A DNA stretch of 64,000 bases. It comes from a bacterium (GTDB lineage Bacteria > Hinthialibacterota > Hinthialibacteria > Hinthialibacterales > Hinthialibacteraceae). Below, piece after piece: positions 40,759 through 50,399 of this stretch. A program made the position numbers and the translations under genes. The notes below the pieces were generated by a model that worked only from the letters and a program-made list of their open reading frames with translations, did not search any database and had not been told where the DNA came from. The stretch covers positions 1 through 64,000 of the forward strand of contig CAXXSM010000089.1 of NCBI GenBank assembly GCA_963663405.2, given 5' to 3'. Positions within the stretch are counted from its first letter, which is position 1. Every line of letters begins with the position of its first letter.

Positions 40759-42195
40759 ATGAAATGTAATTTATTTATCCAATATATATTCACATGGGCG
40801 CTGACATCCTGTTTATTAGCGCCAGCCGCGTTCGTTCAAAACGCGCCTTCCGGTGATGATAATTTTCGTCTTTTATCTTCAGGTGTAGACAGCGCCAGCC
40901 AAGACGGTAAACAACAAGCCATCCTTGATCGTGGATTCCATGTCTCCCCCCAAGGGGTAGATGACGTCGAACGGGATGGATCAAGCCAAGAACCCTGGCG
41001 GACTCTTGGATACGCGTTGTCACGGTTGCCCGAAAAATTGCTGATGCCATATCGAATAAATACAATCATAGTAGAACCGGGAGAGTATCCCCGTGTCAGC
41101 ACGACGCGCCAATTCGAATATCCCGTCATTCTCCAAGCGCGTGTCCCCCATCAATCGTTCATTCTCCCCGATGAAGAGCATGGCCCTGTTTTATTCAATT
41201 ATTCGAAGCATATCACGCTGGAAGGTTTCGTCATTGACAATCGGAATAACAAAGCCGCGTCGAACGTAGTTCATCTTTTGGGAGGCAGTTCTTACATCCG
41301 GTTACGGAACAATATCATCACACACGGCGGAGCCGGGTATCCCTACGCGGACGCGGTCAAGATCCATCGCGGAGTTCAACATGTGATTATCGAAGACAAT
41401 GTAATCTTCGATGCGATGGATGAAGAAATCGACATCGCAGAAGACGTGGATGACGTGATCCTGCGCCGCAACGTGATTTACCGGAACAACATTCTAAGAA
41501 CAGAGCCTCTTCTATCGATCAAAAACCAATCCCGCCGCATCGTTTTAGACGCTAACGTTTTCCTGAATGGAACCATCCGAATCGGCGGAGGGATCACGGC
41601 GGGACAGGAAACCTTTGATGTGTTCGCCGTACACAATCTTTTTCTCGGAGGAGTGAACCTGGCCGGCTGCGAACGAGCATTGCTCGCGAAGAATGTGTTC
41701 CTCGATCGGACGGAAGGCGGGAATTTCATCTCCATGAATAGACGCTATCCAAACGCGCAACCTGCGATCAGCCTTAAGAGCGTATACATCGCGAATAACA
41801 CATTCCAATGGCGAAACATGAATAAAGAATTCCCCACAGGCCAAGAAAATAATCCGATCGTCTATTCACATAACCGCTATTGGAAACAAGATGGAGGAAC
41901 CATCAATCCGCAAATTCTCACACACGATTCCAATCCGATCGTAGAAGATCCAAAATTCAAAATCGAATCGATCCAAGGCCGCTCCCCCTCATTGGATTGG
42001 CTCAACGCGGTTCATCTATCCAAAGAAGGGGCTGCTTATCAGATGAATCAACCTCCTATGGATTTGGGATTTTCTCTCAAAGATCACATGCCGGATCGAT
42101 TGACCAAATTTGTGAAAAACTATCTTGAAGACTACGATTGGTATGTGAAATTGAGAATGTCTAGATACTCCGGTATACAAAAAATACATGATTAA
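40759..42195 (+). CDS. Right-handed parallel beta-helix protein (pectin lyase-like)
   Basis: GSSQEPWRTL start motif; repeated I.I.NN.I strands. Confidence 0.75.
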   Translation: MKCNLFIQYIFTWALTSCLLAPAAFVQNAPSGDDNFRLLSSGVDSASQDGKQQAILDRGFHVSPQGVDDVERDGSSQEPWRTLGYALSRLPEKLLMPYRINTIIVEPGEYPRVSTTRQFEYPVILQARVPHQSFILPDEEHGPVLFNYSKHITLEGFVIDNRNNKAASNVVHLLGGSSYIRLRNNIITHGGAGYPYADAVKIHRGVQHVIIEDNVIFDAMDEEIDIAEDVDDVILRRNVIYRNNILRTEPLLSIKNQSRRIVLDANVFLNGTIRIGGGITAGQETFDVFAVHNLFLGGVNLAGCERALLAKNVFLDRTEGGNFISMNRRYPNAQPAISLKSVYIANNTFQWRNMNKEFPTGQENNPIVYSHNRYWKQDGGTINPQILTHDSNPIVEDPKFKIESIQGRSPSLDWLNAVHLSKEGAAYQMNQPPMDLGFSLKDHMPDRLTKFVKNYLEDYDWYVKLRMSRYSGIQKIHD

Positions 42196-42198
42196 GCC

Positions 42199-42927
42199 AT
42201 GACACACCCCACCCCTTCTCCAACCGAAACAAAACGGGAATTCGTCCGCCAAGGTTTTGATGAAATCGCCGCGCGGTACGATCTGTTGAATGACGTAATG
42301 ACCCTCGGCATGCACCGGCGGTGGAAGCGCGAGGTAATCCGCCGCTTGCAACTTAAGCCTGGGATGAAAGTTCTCGATCTCTGCGCGGGCACGGGGGATC
42401 TCGCGTACCGGGCGGCGCGGTTCATTGGGAATGAAGGCGAAGTGACCGCGTTGGATTTCTCCCATCCAATGATGGCGCAGGGCCGCGCGCGGATCGGGGA
42501 TCGTACGCATGGAAGTATTTCATGGCTCTGCGGCGACGCGTGTGAAATCCCTTTCATGGACGAATCGTTTGACGGCGCGTCCGTCGGATTTGGATTACGG
42601 AACGTGCCCGTTCTCGAAGAAACGCTTGAAGAAGTCCGGCGTGTTTTGAAAAAAGGGAGCCGGTTCGTCAGTCTCGACACAGCGGGTTGTGAATGGAAAA
42701 TCCTGACGCCGTTCTACCGCGCGTATATGTTCGGCGCCGTCCCATTCTTCGGCAAATTCCTAGCTGGGTCCGAAACCATGTACCGCTACCTCTCCACATC
42801 GGCGGCGGCGTTCCATCCCCCGGAAGAACTTCAAGCCTGTTTCGAACGCGCCGGATTCCGTAACACCGGCTGCGTCTACCGCCCCCGCTTGCTAGGCGGC
42901 GCCGCGTTGGTTTGGGGAGAGCGATAA
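42199..42927 (+). CDS. menG: Ubiquinone/menaquinone biosynthesis methyltransferase (UbiE/MenG)
   Basis: FDEIAARYDLLND, VLDLCAGTGD, FGLRNV, YRYL. Confidence 0.85.
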   Translation: MTHPTPSPTETKREFVRQGFDEIAARYDLLNDVMTLGMHRRWKREVIRRLQLKPGMKVLDLCAGTGDLAYRAARFIGNEGEVTALDFSHPMMAQGRARIGDRTHGSISWLCGDACEIPFMDESFDGASVGFGLRNVPVLEETLEEVRRVLKKGSRFVSLDTAGCEWKILTPFYRAYMFGAVPFFGKFLAGSETMYRYLSTSAAAFHPPEELQACFERAGFRNTGCVYRPRLLGGAALVWGER

Positions 42928-43013
42928 GAAATCGTTGTGAGAATCTGCTCCTTGATTTAAATAGGAAATTCCGGTTACTATGCCTGCATCCCCCACTGGA
43001 AAGGAAAAATCGA

Positions 43014-44444
43014 ATGAAACGATTGATACCAATCCCGCTTTTCCTGCTTTTGACGATTTCATTTACGTACGCTTCCACGGATGATTTAAAAGACGAAGCG
43101 ATTCGTTTGGTTGACAGCCAGAAAGACCGGTTGATCGAGATCAGCGATCGCATTTGGGACTACGCCGAGACCGCGTTGAAAGAAACACGTTCCTCCAAAG
43201 AATTAATCAACTATACGAAACAATGCGGTTTTGACATAAAAGAGGGTGTCGCTGGGATGCCAACAGCGTTTATTGCGGAATATGGCTCAGGAAAACCGGT
43301 CATCGCCGTTCTCGGCGAATACGACGCGCTGCCTGGATTATCCCAAAAAGCCAGCGCGAAAAAAGAGCCACTGATCGAAGGCGCTCCGGGCCACGGCTGC
43401 GGGCATAATCTCCTTGGCGTAGCGAGTATAGGAACCGCCGTGGCGGTGAAAGATTTAATCGCCGCCGGGAAACTGAAAGGAACCATCCGCTATTATGGAG
43501 CGCCGGCGGAAGAAGCGATCGGCGGGAAAGTGTACATGACACGGGATGGATTCTTCAATGATGTAGATGTTGTATTGGCATGGCATCCCGCCTCGCAAAC
43601 CCAAGCGGACACCGGACAATCGTTGTGCATGGTGGATATTCAAGTCGAGTATTTCGGAAAAACCGCTCATGGAGCCGCCGATCCTTGGAATGGACGCAGC
43701 GCGTTGGATGGAGTGGAATTGTTCACTCATGGACTCAACATGATGCGCGAGCACGTTCCCCCCTCCGTCCGTATGCACTACGTCATCAAAAACGGCGGCA
43801 ACGTTCCAAACGTCGTGCCCGATTACGCGATGGTCTGGTGTTACATCCGCGACAAAGATCATGACGGCGTCAATGAACTATTAAAATGGGTGCGGAAGAT
43901 CGCGGACGGCGCCGGTCTGATGGCGGAAGTGGATGTCAAATTCACCATCAATACAGGCTATTACGAACGCATCGTTAATATCGAAGGCGTAAAGCTTCTC
44001 CATGAGAATCTGGTTCGCTTGGGAGCGATCAAATATACAAAAGAAGAACTCGCTTTCGCCGAACAATTGCTGAAGGCGATCGGCGTTAAAGACAAAAAAC
44101 TGGATGGAACCGTGCAGATGTACGAACTGCCCCCTCCCCCGCCAACAAAAGGCTCTTCGGATATCGGTGATGTCAGTTGGATCACACCGTTGATTCATCT
44201 ACGCGCTGTGACGCATCCGGAGGGCGTGCCCGGCCACTCATGGGGGATCGTGGCGTGCGGCAAACATTCGATTGGATACAAAGGAATGCTTTACGCCGCC
44301 AAGGCGATGGCTCTCACCGCGATTGATTTATTCCAAGATGAAGACGCGCGGGAAAGAATCCGTAAGGAATTCGAAGAAAGCACGAAAAATTCCGATTATA
44401 AACCGTATATCCCCGACGGTCCCCCTCCTATTCCGGCTCCGTAA
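43014..44444 (+). CDS. M20 amidohydrolase (AbgB-like)
   Basis: EYDALPG, GHGCGHN, PAEE, WHP, SSDIGDVSW. Confidence 0.9.
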   Translation: MKRLIPIPLFLLLTISFTYASTDDLKDEAIRLVDSQKDRLIEISDRIWDYAETALKETRSSKELINYTKQCGFDIKEGVAGMPTAFIAEYGSGKPVIAVLGEYDALPGLSQKASAKKEPLIEGAPGHGCGHNLLGVASIGTAVAVKDLIAAGKLKGTIRYYGAPAEEAIGGKVYMTRDGFFNDVDVVLAWHPASQTQADTGQSLCMVDIQVEYFGKTAHGAADPWNGRSALDGVELFTHGLNMMREHVPPSVRMHYVIKNGGNVPNVVPDYAMVWCYIRDKDHDGVNELLKWVRKIADGAGLMAEVDVKFTINTGYYERIVNIEGVKLLHENLVRLGAIKYTKEELAFAEQLLKAIGVKDKKLDGTVQMYELPPPPPTKGSSDIGDVSWITPLIHLRAVTHPEGVPGHSWGIVACGKHSIGYKGMLYAAKAMALTAIDLFQDEDARERIRKEFEESTKNSDYKPYIPDGPPPIPAP

Positions 44445-44496
44445 ATAGAATTCTATAAAATCGACATGTATAAAAACATAGTTTAAGGAATAGTAA

Positions 44497-44835
44497 TTGA
44501 AAACGATCTCATGGTCTGATTTCGAGAGTGTAGAACTTCGCGTGGGAACGATTCTTTCCGCCGAAGATTTCCCGGAAGCTCGTAAACCTGCGTATAAAAT
44601 CCGTGTGGACTTTGGTGAAGAGATTGGCGTCAAACAATCCAGCGCTCAGATTACAACTCTTTATTCAAAAGAGGAATTAGTAGGACGACAGGTTACCGCT
44701 GTCGTCAATTTTCCGGCGAAGCGGATTGGGCCGTTTATGTCCGAATGCTTGATCACCGGTTTCTATCGCGAGGATGGCGCTGTGGTTCTAGCCGTTCCCG
44801 ATCAACCGGTTCCCAACGGCAGTAAACTGGCGTAA
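44497..44835 (+). CDS. csaA: tRNA-binding/export chaperone CsaA
   Basis: ELRVGTI, SSAQIT, VVNFP.KRIG..MSECL. Confidence 0.9.
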   Translation: MKTISWSDFESVELRVGTILSAEDFPEARKPAYKIRVDFGEEIGVKQSSAQITTLYSKEELVGRQVTAVVNFPAKRIGPFMSECLITGFYREDGAVVLAVPDQPVPNGSKLA

Positions 44836-44903
44836 ATAATTGCGGCCTGCGGCAAAGAAGAAATGAACAAAAGGTGGAGTAGCAGGATAAAAACCGGGCA
44901 GGA

Positions 44904-45083
44904 TTAAGCGAAAATTTCAAATCCCTTGTGTGTTTTTGTCTTCTCTTTCGTCTTCTCTTCTTTCTTCTTTTTCGAACGTTTATAGTATGGCAAAGGCGCG
45001 TTTTCTTTACCTTCATACTTGTTCGCGCCCGTCAGATCAGGCCGAAATACGTCTTGCGTAATAATATTGAAAGGATCGGTCAT
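44904..45083 (-). CDS. Unlisted 59-aa basic small protein
   Basis: MTDPFNIITQ...KRSKKKKEEKTKEKTKTHKGFEIFA* with GAAAGGAG RBS; just below the apparent 60-aa track cutoff. Confidence 0.6.
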   Translation of the reverse strand: MTDPFNIITQDVFRPDLTGANKYEGKENAPLPYYKRSKKKKEEKTKEKTKTHKGFEIFA

Positions 45084-45116
45084 GATCGTGATCTCCTTTC
45101 TCTTGCGTTACTCTAT

Positions 45117-45143
45117 GTATCGACTCAATTCCTTGGGAACTTA
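45117..45143 (-). promoter_or_regulatory. Sigma28 (FliA)-like promoter
   Basis: TAAG-N15-GTCGATAC versus consensus TAAA-N15-GCCGATAA. Confidence 0.5.
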
Positions 45144-45251
45144 AAAAAGAATTCCATGTCGACTTTCAACAGGCGAAATTTTGATTCATCCGGTAAGTGA
45201 GTTGAAAATATAATTTTGGGGAATTGCGCTTAATGTTCAGGATGGCTTAAT

Positions 45252-45367
45252 CGTCTGAACCATGATTCTAAAGATTATAGGATTACCATGATTAAAAATC
45301 ATGAAAATCAAGCGAATCAAGTAAAGGCCGCGCCAGCGGGCTGGCTTTTAAATCAAGGTTCAGACAA
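45252..45367 (+). mobile_element. Divergent MITE-like element (GTCTGAACC...GGTTCAGAC)
   Basis: Terminal inverted repeats, GATT/AATC iterations, internal GC hairpin. Confidence 0.6.
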
Positions 45368-45396
45368 TGAAAAATCGTAATACCGTTAGTAAAAAA

Positions 45397-45421
45397 GGGC
45401 AGACACAAGGCCTACCCCTAT
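45397..45421 (-). repeat. Degenerate GTAG-type REP
   Basis: Minus strand reads ATAGGGGTAGGCCTTGTGTCTGCCC. Confidence 0.45.
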
Positions 45422-45525
45422 ATCATCTTCTGATATTTATTACAAAAAAATACTGTTTAAATTAACAAAGGGAAAACTCTTTTTTTCTCACCCATGAATA
45501 ACCAAAACCGGCCATTTGACACACA

Positions 45526-46740
45526 CTATTCCTCTCTCTCATTCCCCCACAACGCGCCGCCGCCTTTTGACTGCCGCCAGGCTTCCCGCCAGCGATGAAT
45601 ATCCACCGTCCCGATTTCCGGTTTGGGCGCGCGCTGATCCGCGGAGGGAAGCGTTGGGAAGATCTTATGCGGCTCTTTCTGGTACCAATAGACGACCGTC
45701 GCCAATTCAAGCGTCAAACAGTTGGCGTGTCCGTGTTCGATGGAGCCTTTGATGCTTTTGTGGAACACGATGGGATCTTGAATGTGAAACCGGTAGCAGT
45801 GCGTCCGCCCAAGCCAACCGATTGTGTTATTCACGCGGGGATATCCAAAGTAGGGATGAATATAGACTTCTTTAGGGCACCAGGAGGAATTGAAATAATC
45901 TTCCGTGCCGGTGCCGTGAAGCGATCCAGGCCAGGATTCCCCGTCGATCAGCCACATATCGTCTCCTTCTCCATACCACATCGGTGAAGGGCAGTTCACA
46001 AAATAATTGACTCCAACGACATGACCAGCGCCTTTCGCGTCGAGGATCAGATAGTTGAACTCATCAGTAGGATTCTCATCCACCGGTTTGCGCAAAGAGG
46101 CCCATTCATTCTCATCGCCTTTCCACGGTTCGGTGATTTCCTGGTTGTACCAGGCGTGAAATCGGAGTTGATCGCCTGGAATCTTTTTGTGTTCCTCATA
46201 GTCAATAAAATAATAAAACGCATTGCATTTCTTTTCCGATTCGTTCTCAATCGTAATTGTCGCCTGTTTCGAGAACGGCATGGGAAAATAGCAGTTCAGC
46301 GCCTTTCCCCCTCCCGGCGCGGCCGCGAGCGGTAGAGACGCATAGGCGTATTCTTCGCCCCATCCCTGCCCGAAAAAATCACCGACAGGACATTCAACGC
46401 TGGGATATTCTTCTCCATCCCAATACATCCGTAGTACTAAATTCCGGCGGTACAGGCGGTCCGGATGAGAGATCGTAAACCAGATGTGCTTAATAATTCC
46501 CGCGCCTTTGATATCCGCGAGTGTCGCGGTTTCCCCCGCTTCGATCGTTAATCGGTCCGCGTTTCCGCCCGTTCGATCAAAACTTGATATCCGCTTGGTT
46601 TCGTGAGAGCGCTTCATGGAAAGACTCTCCAGCATGACGGACGGATTCTGCGCCCATGTGGTGGACGACAGAATAATCGAAATCAACAGCAATCCACAAC
46701 AATAGCCTGCTATCCTAAAAGTCCCGTTTCGTTTGTACAT
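45526..46740 (-). CDS. DUF2961 / GH172 family glycoside hydrolase
   Basis: SSFDRTGGNAD, PVGDFFG, YFPMPF, WYGEGDD, GTGTEDYF, EHGHAN. Confidence 0.9.
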   Translation of the reverse strand: MYKRNGTFRIAGYCCGLLLISIILSSTTWAQNPSVMLESLSMKRSHETKRISSFDRTGGNADRLTIEAGETATLADIKGAGIIKHIWFTISHPDRLYRRNLVLRMYWDGEEYPSVECPVGDFFGQGWGEEYAYASLPLAAAPGGGKALNCYFPMPFSKQATITIENESEKKCNAFYYFIDYEEHKKIPGDQLRFHAWYNQEITEPWKGDENEWASLRKPVDENPTDEFNYLILDAKGAGHVVGVNYFVNCPSPMWYGEGDDMWLIDGESWPGSLHGTGTEDYFNSSWCPKEVYIHPYFGYPRVNNTIGWLGRTHCYRFHIQDPIVFHKSIKGSIEHGHANCLTLELATVVYWYQKEPHKIFPTLPSADQRAPKPEIGTVDIHRWREAWRQSKGGGALWGNEREE

Positions 46741-46885
46741 AAAGATTCTCCTTCTCATAGAATAAATTGAACGCTGCACTAGCATCGCATGATTGGATAG
46801 GAAAAATCAAGTCGTGTCAGGAAGGATGAGAAAACAGAAAAATTCAGAAGGCAGACGGGCTTAGCGCATGGAAAAATGAATGGGG

Positions 46886-47092
46886 CTAGGGATAATCGCC
46901 GCGATCTTTATCCCCATACATCCGGATCAGCGCACGAAGCCCCCACACATCCCCCACGAGAAAGAGAAGCGTGAAGAGAATCAGCCAAGGATTGAGAAAT
47001 CCAAAATAAAAATGAGCCAGTAGTAGATAGACGATCAAATAAAATCCAACCGCCACCGCCGAACATTTAATCCATTCTTTTTGACTGTCCAT
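46886..47092 (-). CDS. Small two-TM membrane protein
   Basis: 68 aa, hydrophobic, AGGA RBS. Confidence 0.55.
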   Translation of the reverse strand: MDSQKEWIKCSAVAVGFYLIVYLLLAHFYFGFLNPWLILFTLLFLVGDVWGLRALIRMYGDKDRGDYP

Positions 47093-47126
47093 TTTTGATT
47101 TCCTGTTATCAGATAAATACAGCCAT

Positions 47127-47156
47127 GTAGGGTGGGTCGCGCTTTATCGACCCACC
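47127..47156 (+). repeat. REP-like family A with intact GTAG foot
   Basis: GTAGGGTGGGTCGCGCTTTATCGACCCACC. Confidence 0.75.
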
Positions 47157-47377
47157 GGGAATGATTCATCGTTTCGGTAAGTCATAAAACTACGTTACTT
47201 CCTCTTTATACTATAACTGTTTCCCGCGTGATAGAATCTTTATTTCATCGTTCTGTTTTCTCTATATACTGCGCGCGGACATAATCTGAGCTTTTCAATT
47301 CACATTTTACTTTCAACGGCTTGTTTCTAGAAATAAGAAACGCAAATTACGCTCACACTGAGTATATATCAATCCGC

Positions 47378-47463
47378 TGGGTAGCAAGGGGAAGGCTTTT
47401 TTCTCCCCTTGCATAATTTCCGGAACGTAGCCAGGGCAGAAAAAAGCCTTGCCCTGGGCACCC
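47378..47463. repeat. REP family B inverted doublet (REPIN-like)
   Basis: GGGTAGCAAGGGGAAGGCTTTTTTCTCCCCTTGC followed by an inverted GGGTGCCCAGGGCAAGGCTTTTTTCTGCCCTGGC. Confidence 0.8.
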
Positions 47464-47580
47464 TTGATTTTTTTATTTCTATTCTAAAACAAGTGTCACA
47501 ATCAGATCATTTCGATTCATGTATATGCTGCTGGTTTTTGGTAAACGAGAAACGCAGATTATAACCGCGTTCAATATAAC

Positions 47581-49410
47581 TCACTGCACATAATTGAGAC
47601 TTCGCAATCGTTCCAGAAGCGGCTCGTTCATCTCTGAATTGGATTCAAACATTGTATCCAATTCATATCGATCAGTGTATTGTGGAGGCCGCTCTGTTAA
47701 CAGCCCTTCTTTTAAAGCGTTCACAAGGATATTCCCCTCGATTTCCCGGCTGATGGGAAGCCCCAACAAGTAAAGGAGTGTGGGCGCGGCGTCAACTTGG
47801 TTCGCGTCCGGCGCGGTTGCCTTCGCTTTGATTTGAGGGCCGGCGAGAAGGAGAATCCCCTCCAGCTTATGCTTGCCTGGAAACGCGCGCTGGAAGAAAA
47901 TAGACTCTACCGGCGCTGTCAGATCGCCGATCCGGATATTCTTCTCTGTTAGAATGGGTGAATCCGGATTCCAAGTCAAGGAGAAGTTCGTCCGCAATAC
48001 AATCTCTCCCGCCTCATTGATTTCAACCAGAAAAACAGGTTCATCACTTTCTTCAAATTGGATGATCTCAAGAACCTTTACAAATGTATCAATTTCTTCC
48101 CGGCTAAGATTGATTGGAGTCAAGATCACCTGCCGCATGATATTTTTAAAATGGAAATTCCGTTCGGCTTTGAATAAGCGAAGTAATCCCTCCACATCGA
48201 GAAAAAACTGGCGTGGATAGGCGGTATCCGCCTCCAAGCCATGATCGGACAGCACAGCGATTGTGGTTGATGGAGAGAGCGTTGTGAGAATTCGTCCCAT
48301 CGCCCGGTCCGCTTCGAGGTAATAATCCGTGATTACATTGGCGTAGTTCTTATCCGGTTGAACGCCGGTCTCCGAAAAGGCGCCGGGTTCCATTGAATCC
48401 CAAAACCGGTGAGCGAGTTTATCGCTTCCGTATAGGCAGAACGCCGCCACATCGGGTGTGTAGCGCGTTAAAAGAGAATGAAACAGATCGGTCCGCAATC
48501 GGGCTTCCGCCATCATCTTTCGATAAAGTCTCTCTTTTTCGGAAATACCGAATCGATCCCGCGTATAAAAAAACGCCATCCGTTGAATTCCATCCAGCCG
48601 CGCCCCCATCCAAGCGCATTGCCAGAGAGACCGCCACGGTTTGACCGCGCCTCCTTCACGGTCTTGATCCAGGTAAATCTCTTGCGCGCAGGTGTAACTC
48701 GATGGATACGTCTGCGGTGAACGGGCGAACCAGGATGGTATCTTAAAAGCGGACCGGCTCTGCGGCGGCCATGTGACCATCCAAGAAAACAGCCCGGTTC
48801 GGAGACCCTCCGCTTCACAGATTTCCCAAATTCGCGGCGTTTTCAAATCCGCTTGGGTGGAGAAAAAACCTGTAATTCCGTGGATTTCTGGAGACACACC
48901 GGACGCGATCGTCGTCCACAATCGTGGCGACCGCATTGGAGGCGAACTCAAGAGAGTCATCCTTGTTCCCCGGTCGCATAACCGCTGCAAATGAGGAAGC
49001 CGCCCCGCCTCCATCAATGGATCGATGAGATCCCAACTCGCCCCATCCAATCCGATAACAAGCAGCCGCGGCGCCTTCCCGCCAAGAGAACAGCGATTGT
49101 ATAGCGAAGCCGTCAGAAACAAAACAAGATAGACTAGAATCGAAAAAGAAACCGCGATCGCGAACGATCGCCAACTCCCAAGAACGCAAAAGAAGCGATC
49201 GTAGAAAGATAAAAACCGCTTATGCCATATCAAAAACCACCGTACAAGAAGCAGAATAGGTAAGAGAACCAACGCCGGAACGAGAAAGAGGACCAACAGA
49301 AGCCAAGGAAATGTATCCACAAATCCAAGATTCCCAACACTGAGAAGGAGACAGCTTAACGCTGTCCCTGCAATGGGAATCAATAAACAGAACCGGATAA
49401 TTTCCATCAT
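47581..49410 (-). CDS. Alkaline phosphatase-superfamily (nucleotide pyrophosphatase/phosphodiesterase) membrane protein
   Basis: VIGLDGASW, WTTIASG..P..HGI, DKLAH, LSDHG, LERLRSLNYV. Confidence 0.85.
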   Translation of the reverse strand: MMEIIRFCLLIPIAGTALSCLLLSVGNLGFVDTFPWLLLVLFLVPALVLLPILLLVRWFLIWHKRFLSFYDRFFCVLGSWRSFAIAVSFSILVYLVLFLTASLYNRCSLGGKAPRLLVIGLDGASWDLIDPLMEAGRLPHLQRLCDRGTRMTLLSSPPMRSPRLWTTIASGVSPEIHGITGFFSTQADLKTPRIWEICEAEGLRTGLFSWMVTWPPQSRSAFKIPSWFARSPQTYPSSYTCAQEIYLDQDREGGAVKPWRSLWQCAWMGARLDGIQRMAFFYTRDRFGISEKERLYRKMMAEARLRTDLFHSLLTRYTPDVAAFCLYGSDKLAHRFWDSMEPGAFSETGVQPDKNYANVITDYYLEADRAMGRILTTLSPSTTIAVLSDHGLEADTAYPRQFFLDVEGLLRLFKAERNFHFKNIMRQVILTPINLSREEIDTFVKVLEIIQFEESDEPVFLVEINEAGEIVLRTNFSLTWNPDSPILTEKNIRIGDLTAPVESIFFQRAFPGKHKLEGILLLAGPQIKAKATAPDANQVDAAPTLLYLLGLPISREIEGNILVNALKEGLLTERPPQYTDRYELDTMFESNSEMNEPLLERLRSLNYVQ

Positions 49411-49565
49411 GATTGGCTCGCTCTAAAAAAATCGATTTGGAATGTTTCTTTCTTTTCATCCTGTTGTCCAAGAAAAACAACTTGAATAATATATCCGAGA
49501 TGGAGATCAACAGCCGGAATCACCCGCAATCTAAAAGAACGCTATTGTTAGATTATCGTTTCGTT

Positions 49566-49949
49566 TTAATCTTCTTTCTTCTTTGGATGGACTTGTAATA
49601 ATGGTGTTTCTTTTATACGGCCTATAATCCGTTTTCGTGTTTCGGCTTCTCTTGCCATCTGTTGGAATCTTCGCTTTCCGTCAATCTCTACTAATGTCAC
49701 TACTTTTTTACTATCATCAATGTGATAGAGAATATAAATTCCATCAATCGAATCGATGATTCGGTACTGACCATTCTTTCCACGCGCCCGTTCAGGTCTC
49801 CACTCCTGCAATGATTCAATTTTACGATCTATCTTATTGAAATATTTTATCGCATGGTCTTCACCAAAATTATCGACAGAATACTCCCATTCCCGTTGAT
49901 AACTTTCTTGAAAGCGGCGTGTATGATGAAGACTATATTTCTTGGGCAT
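49566..49949 (-). CDS. ParE/RelE-like toxin
   Basis: WEYSVDNFGEDHA..Y, YILYHI; downstream of ParD; low GC. Confidence 0.7.
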   Translation of the reverse strand: MPKKYSLHHTRRFQESYQREWEYSVDNFGEDHAIKYFNKIDRKIESLQEWRPERARGKNGQYRIIDSIDGIYILYHIDDSKKVVTLVEIDGKRRFQQMAREAETRKRIIGRIKETPLLQVHPKKKED

Positions 49950-49958
49950 GGAAGGTAT

Positions 49959-50204
49959 CTATTTCTTCTTTTTCACTTTTTTCAGCATTTCTAATGTATC
50001 GTCATGAACTTCCACTTCACCGCTTTCAAATTCTTCAATCGCATCTTCAAACATTACTTCATACACTTCATCACGAACTGGACGCGCAAAGAAATTACGA
50101 AGCGCGGCTCGTACGACTTCGCTTGCGTTTTGGTACATCCCCGTATTCACTTGGTTTTGTACCATTTCTTCCAACTCCTTGGTTAATGATACATGCATTC
50201 CCAT
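49959..50204 (-). CDS. parD: ParD-family RHH antitoxin
   Basis: MHVSLTKELEEMV...V..GMYQNASEVVRAALR. Confidence 0.88.
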   Translation of the reverse strand: MGMHVSLTKELEEMVQNQVNTGMYQNASEVVRAALRNFFARPVRDEVYEVMFEDAIEEFESGEVEVHDDTLEMLKKVKKKK

Positions 50205-50229
50205 CTGACAGACTCCTTTTAATTACAGT

Positions 50230-50266
50230 CATTCTTTATACTAATAGCAATGTAAAAGAATGTCAA
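50230..50266 (-). promoter_or_regulatory. parDE promoter with overlapping operator
   Basis: TTGACA-N17-TAGTAT; inverted repeat CATTCTTT/AAAGAATG. Confidence 0.6.
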
Positions 50267-50399
50267 TGATTTACATCAATTGGGATTAATGGGCTATATG
50301 AAAGATGATTTTCTATACGTCTTTGAATGTGGAAATCATGCAATTGAACTAGAAATCAGGAAGTTTTGATTTTTGCAGGTTTTGAAGAAAAGACTTCTC

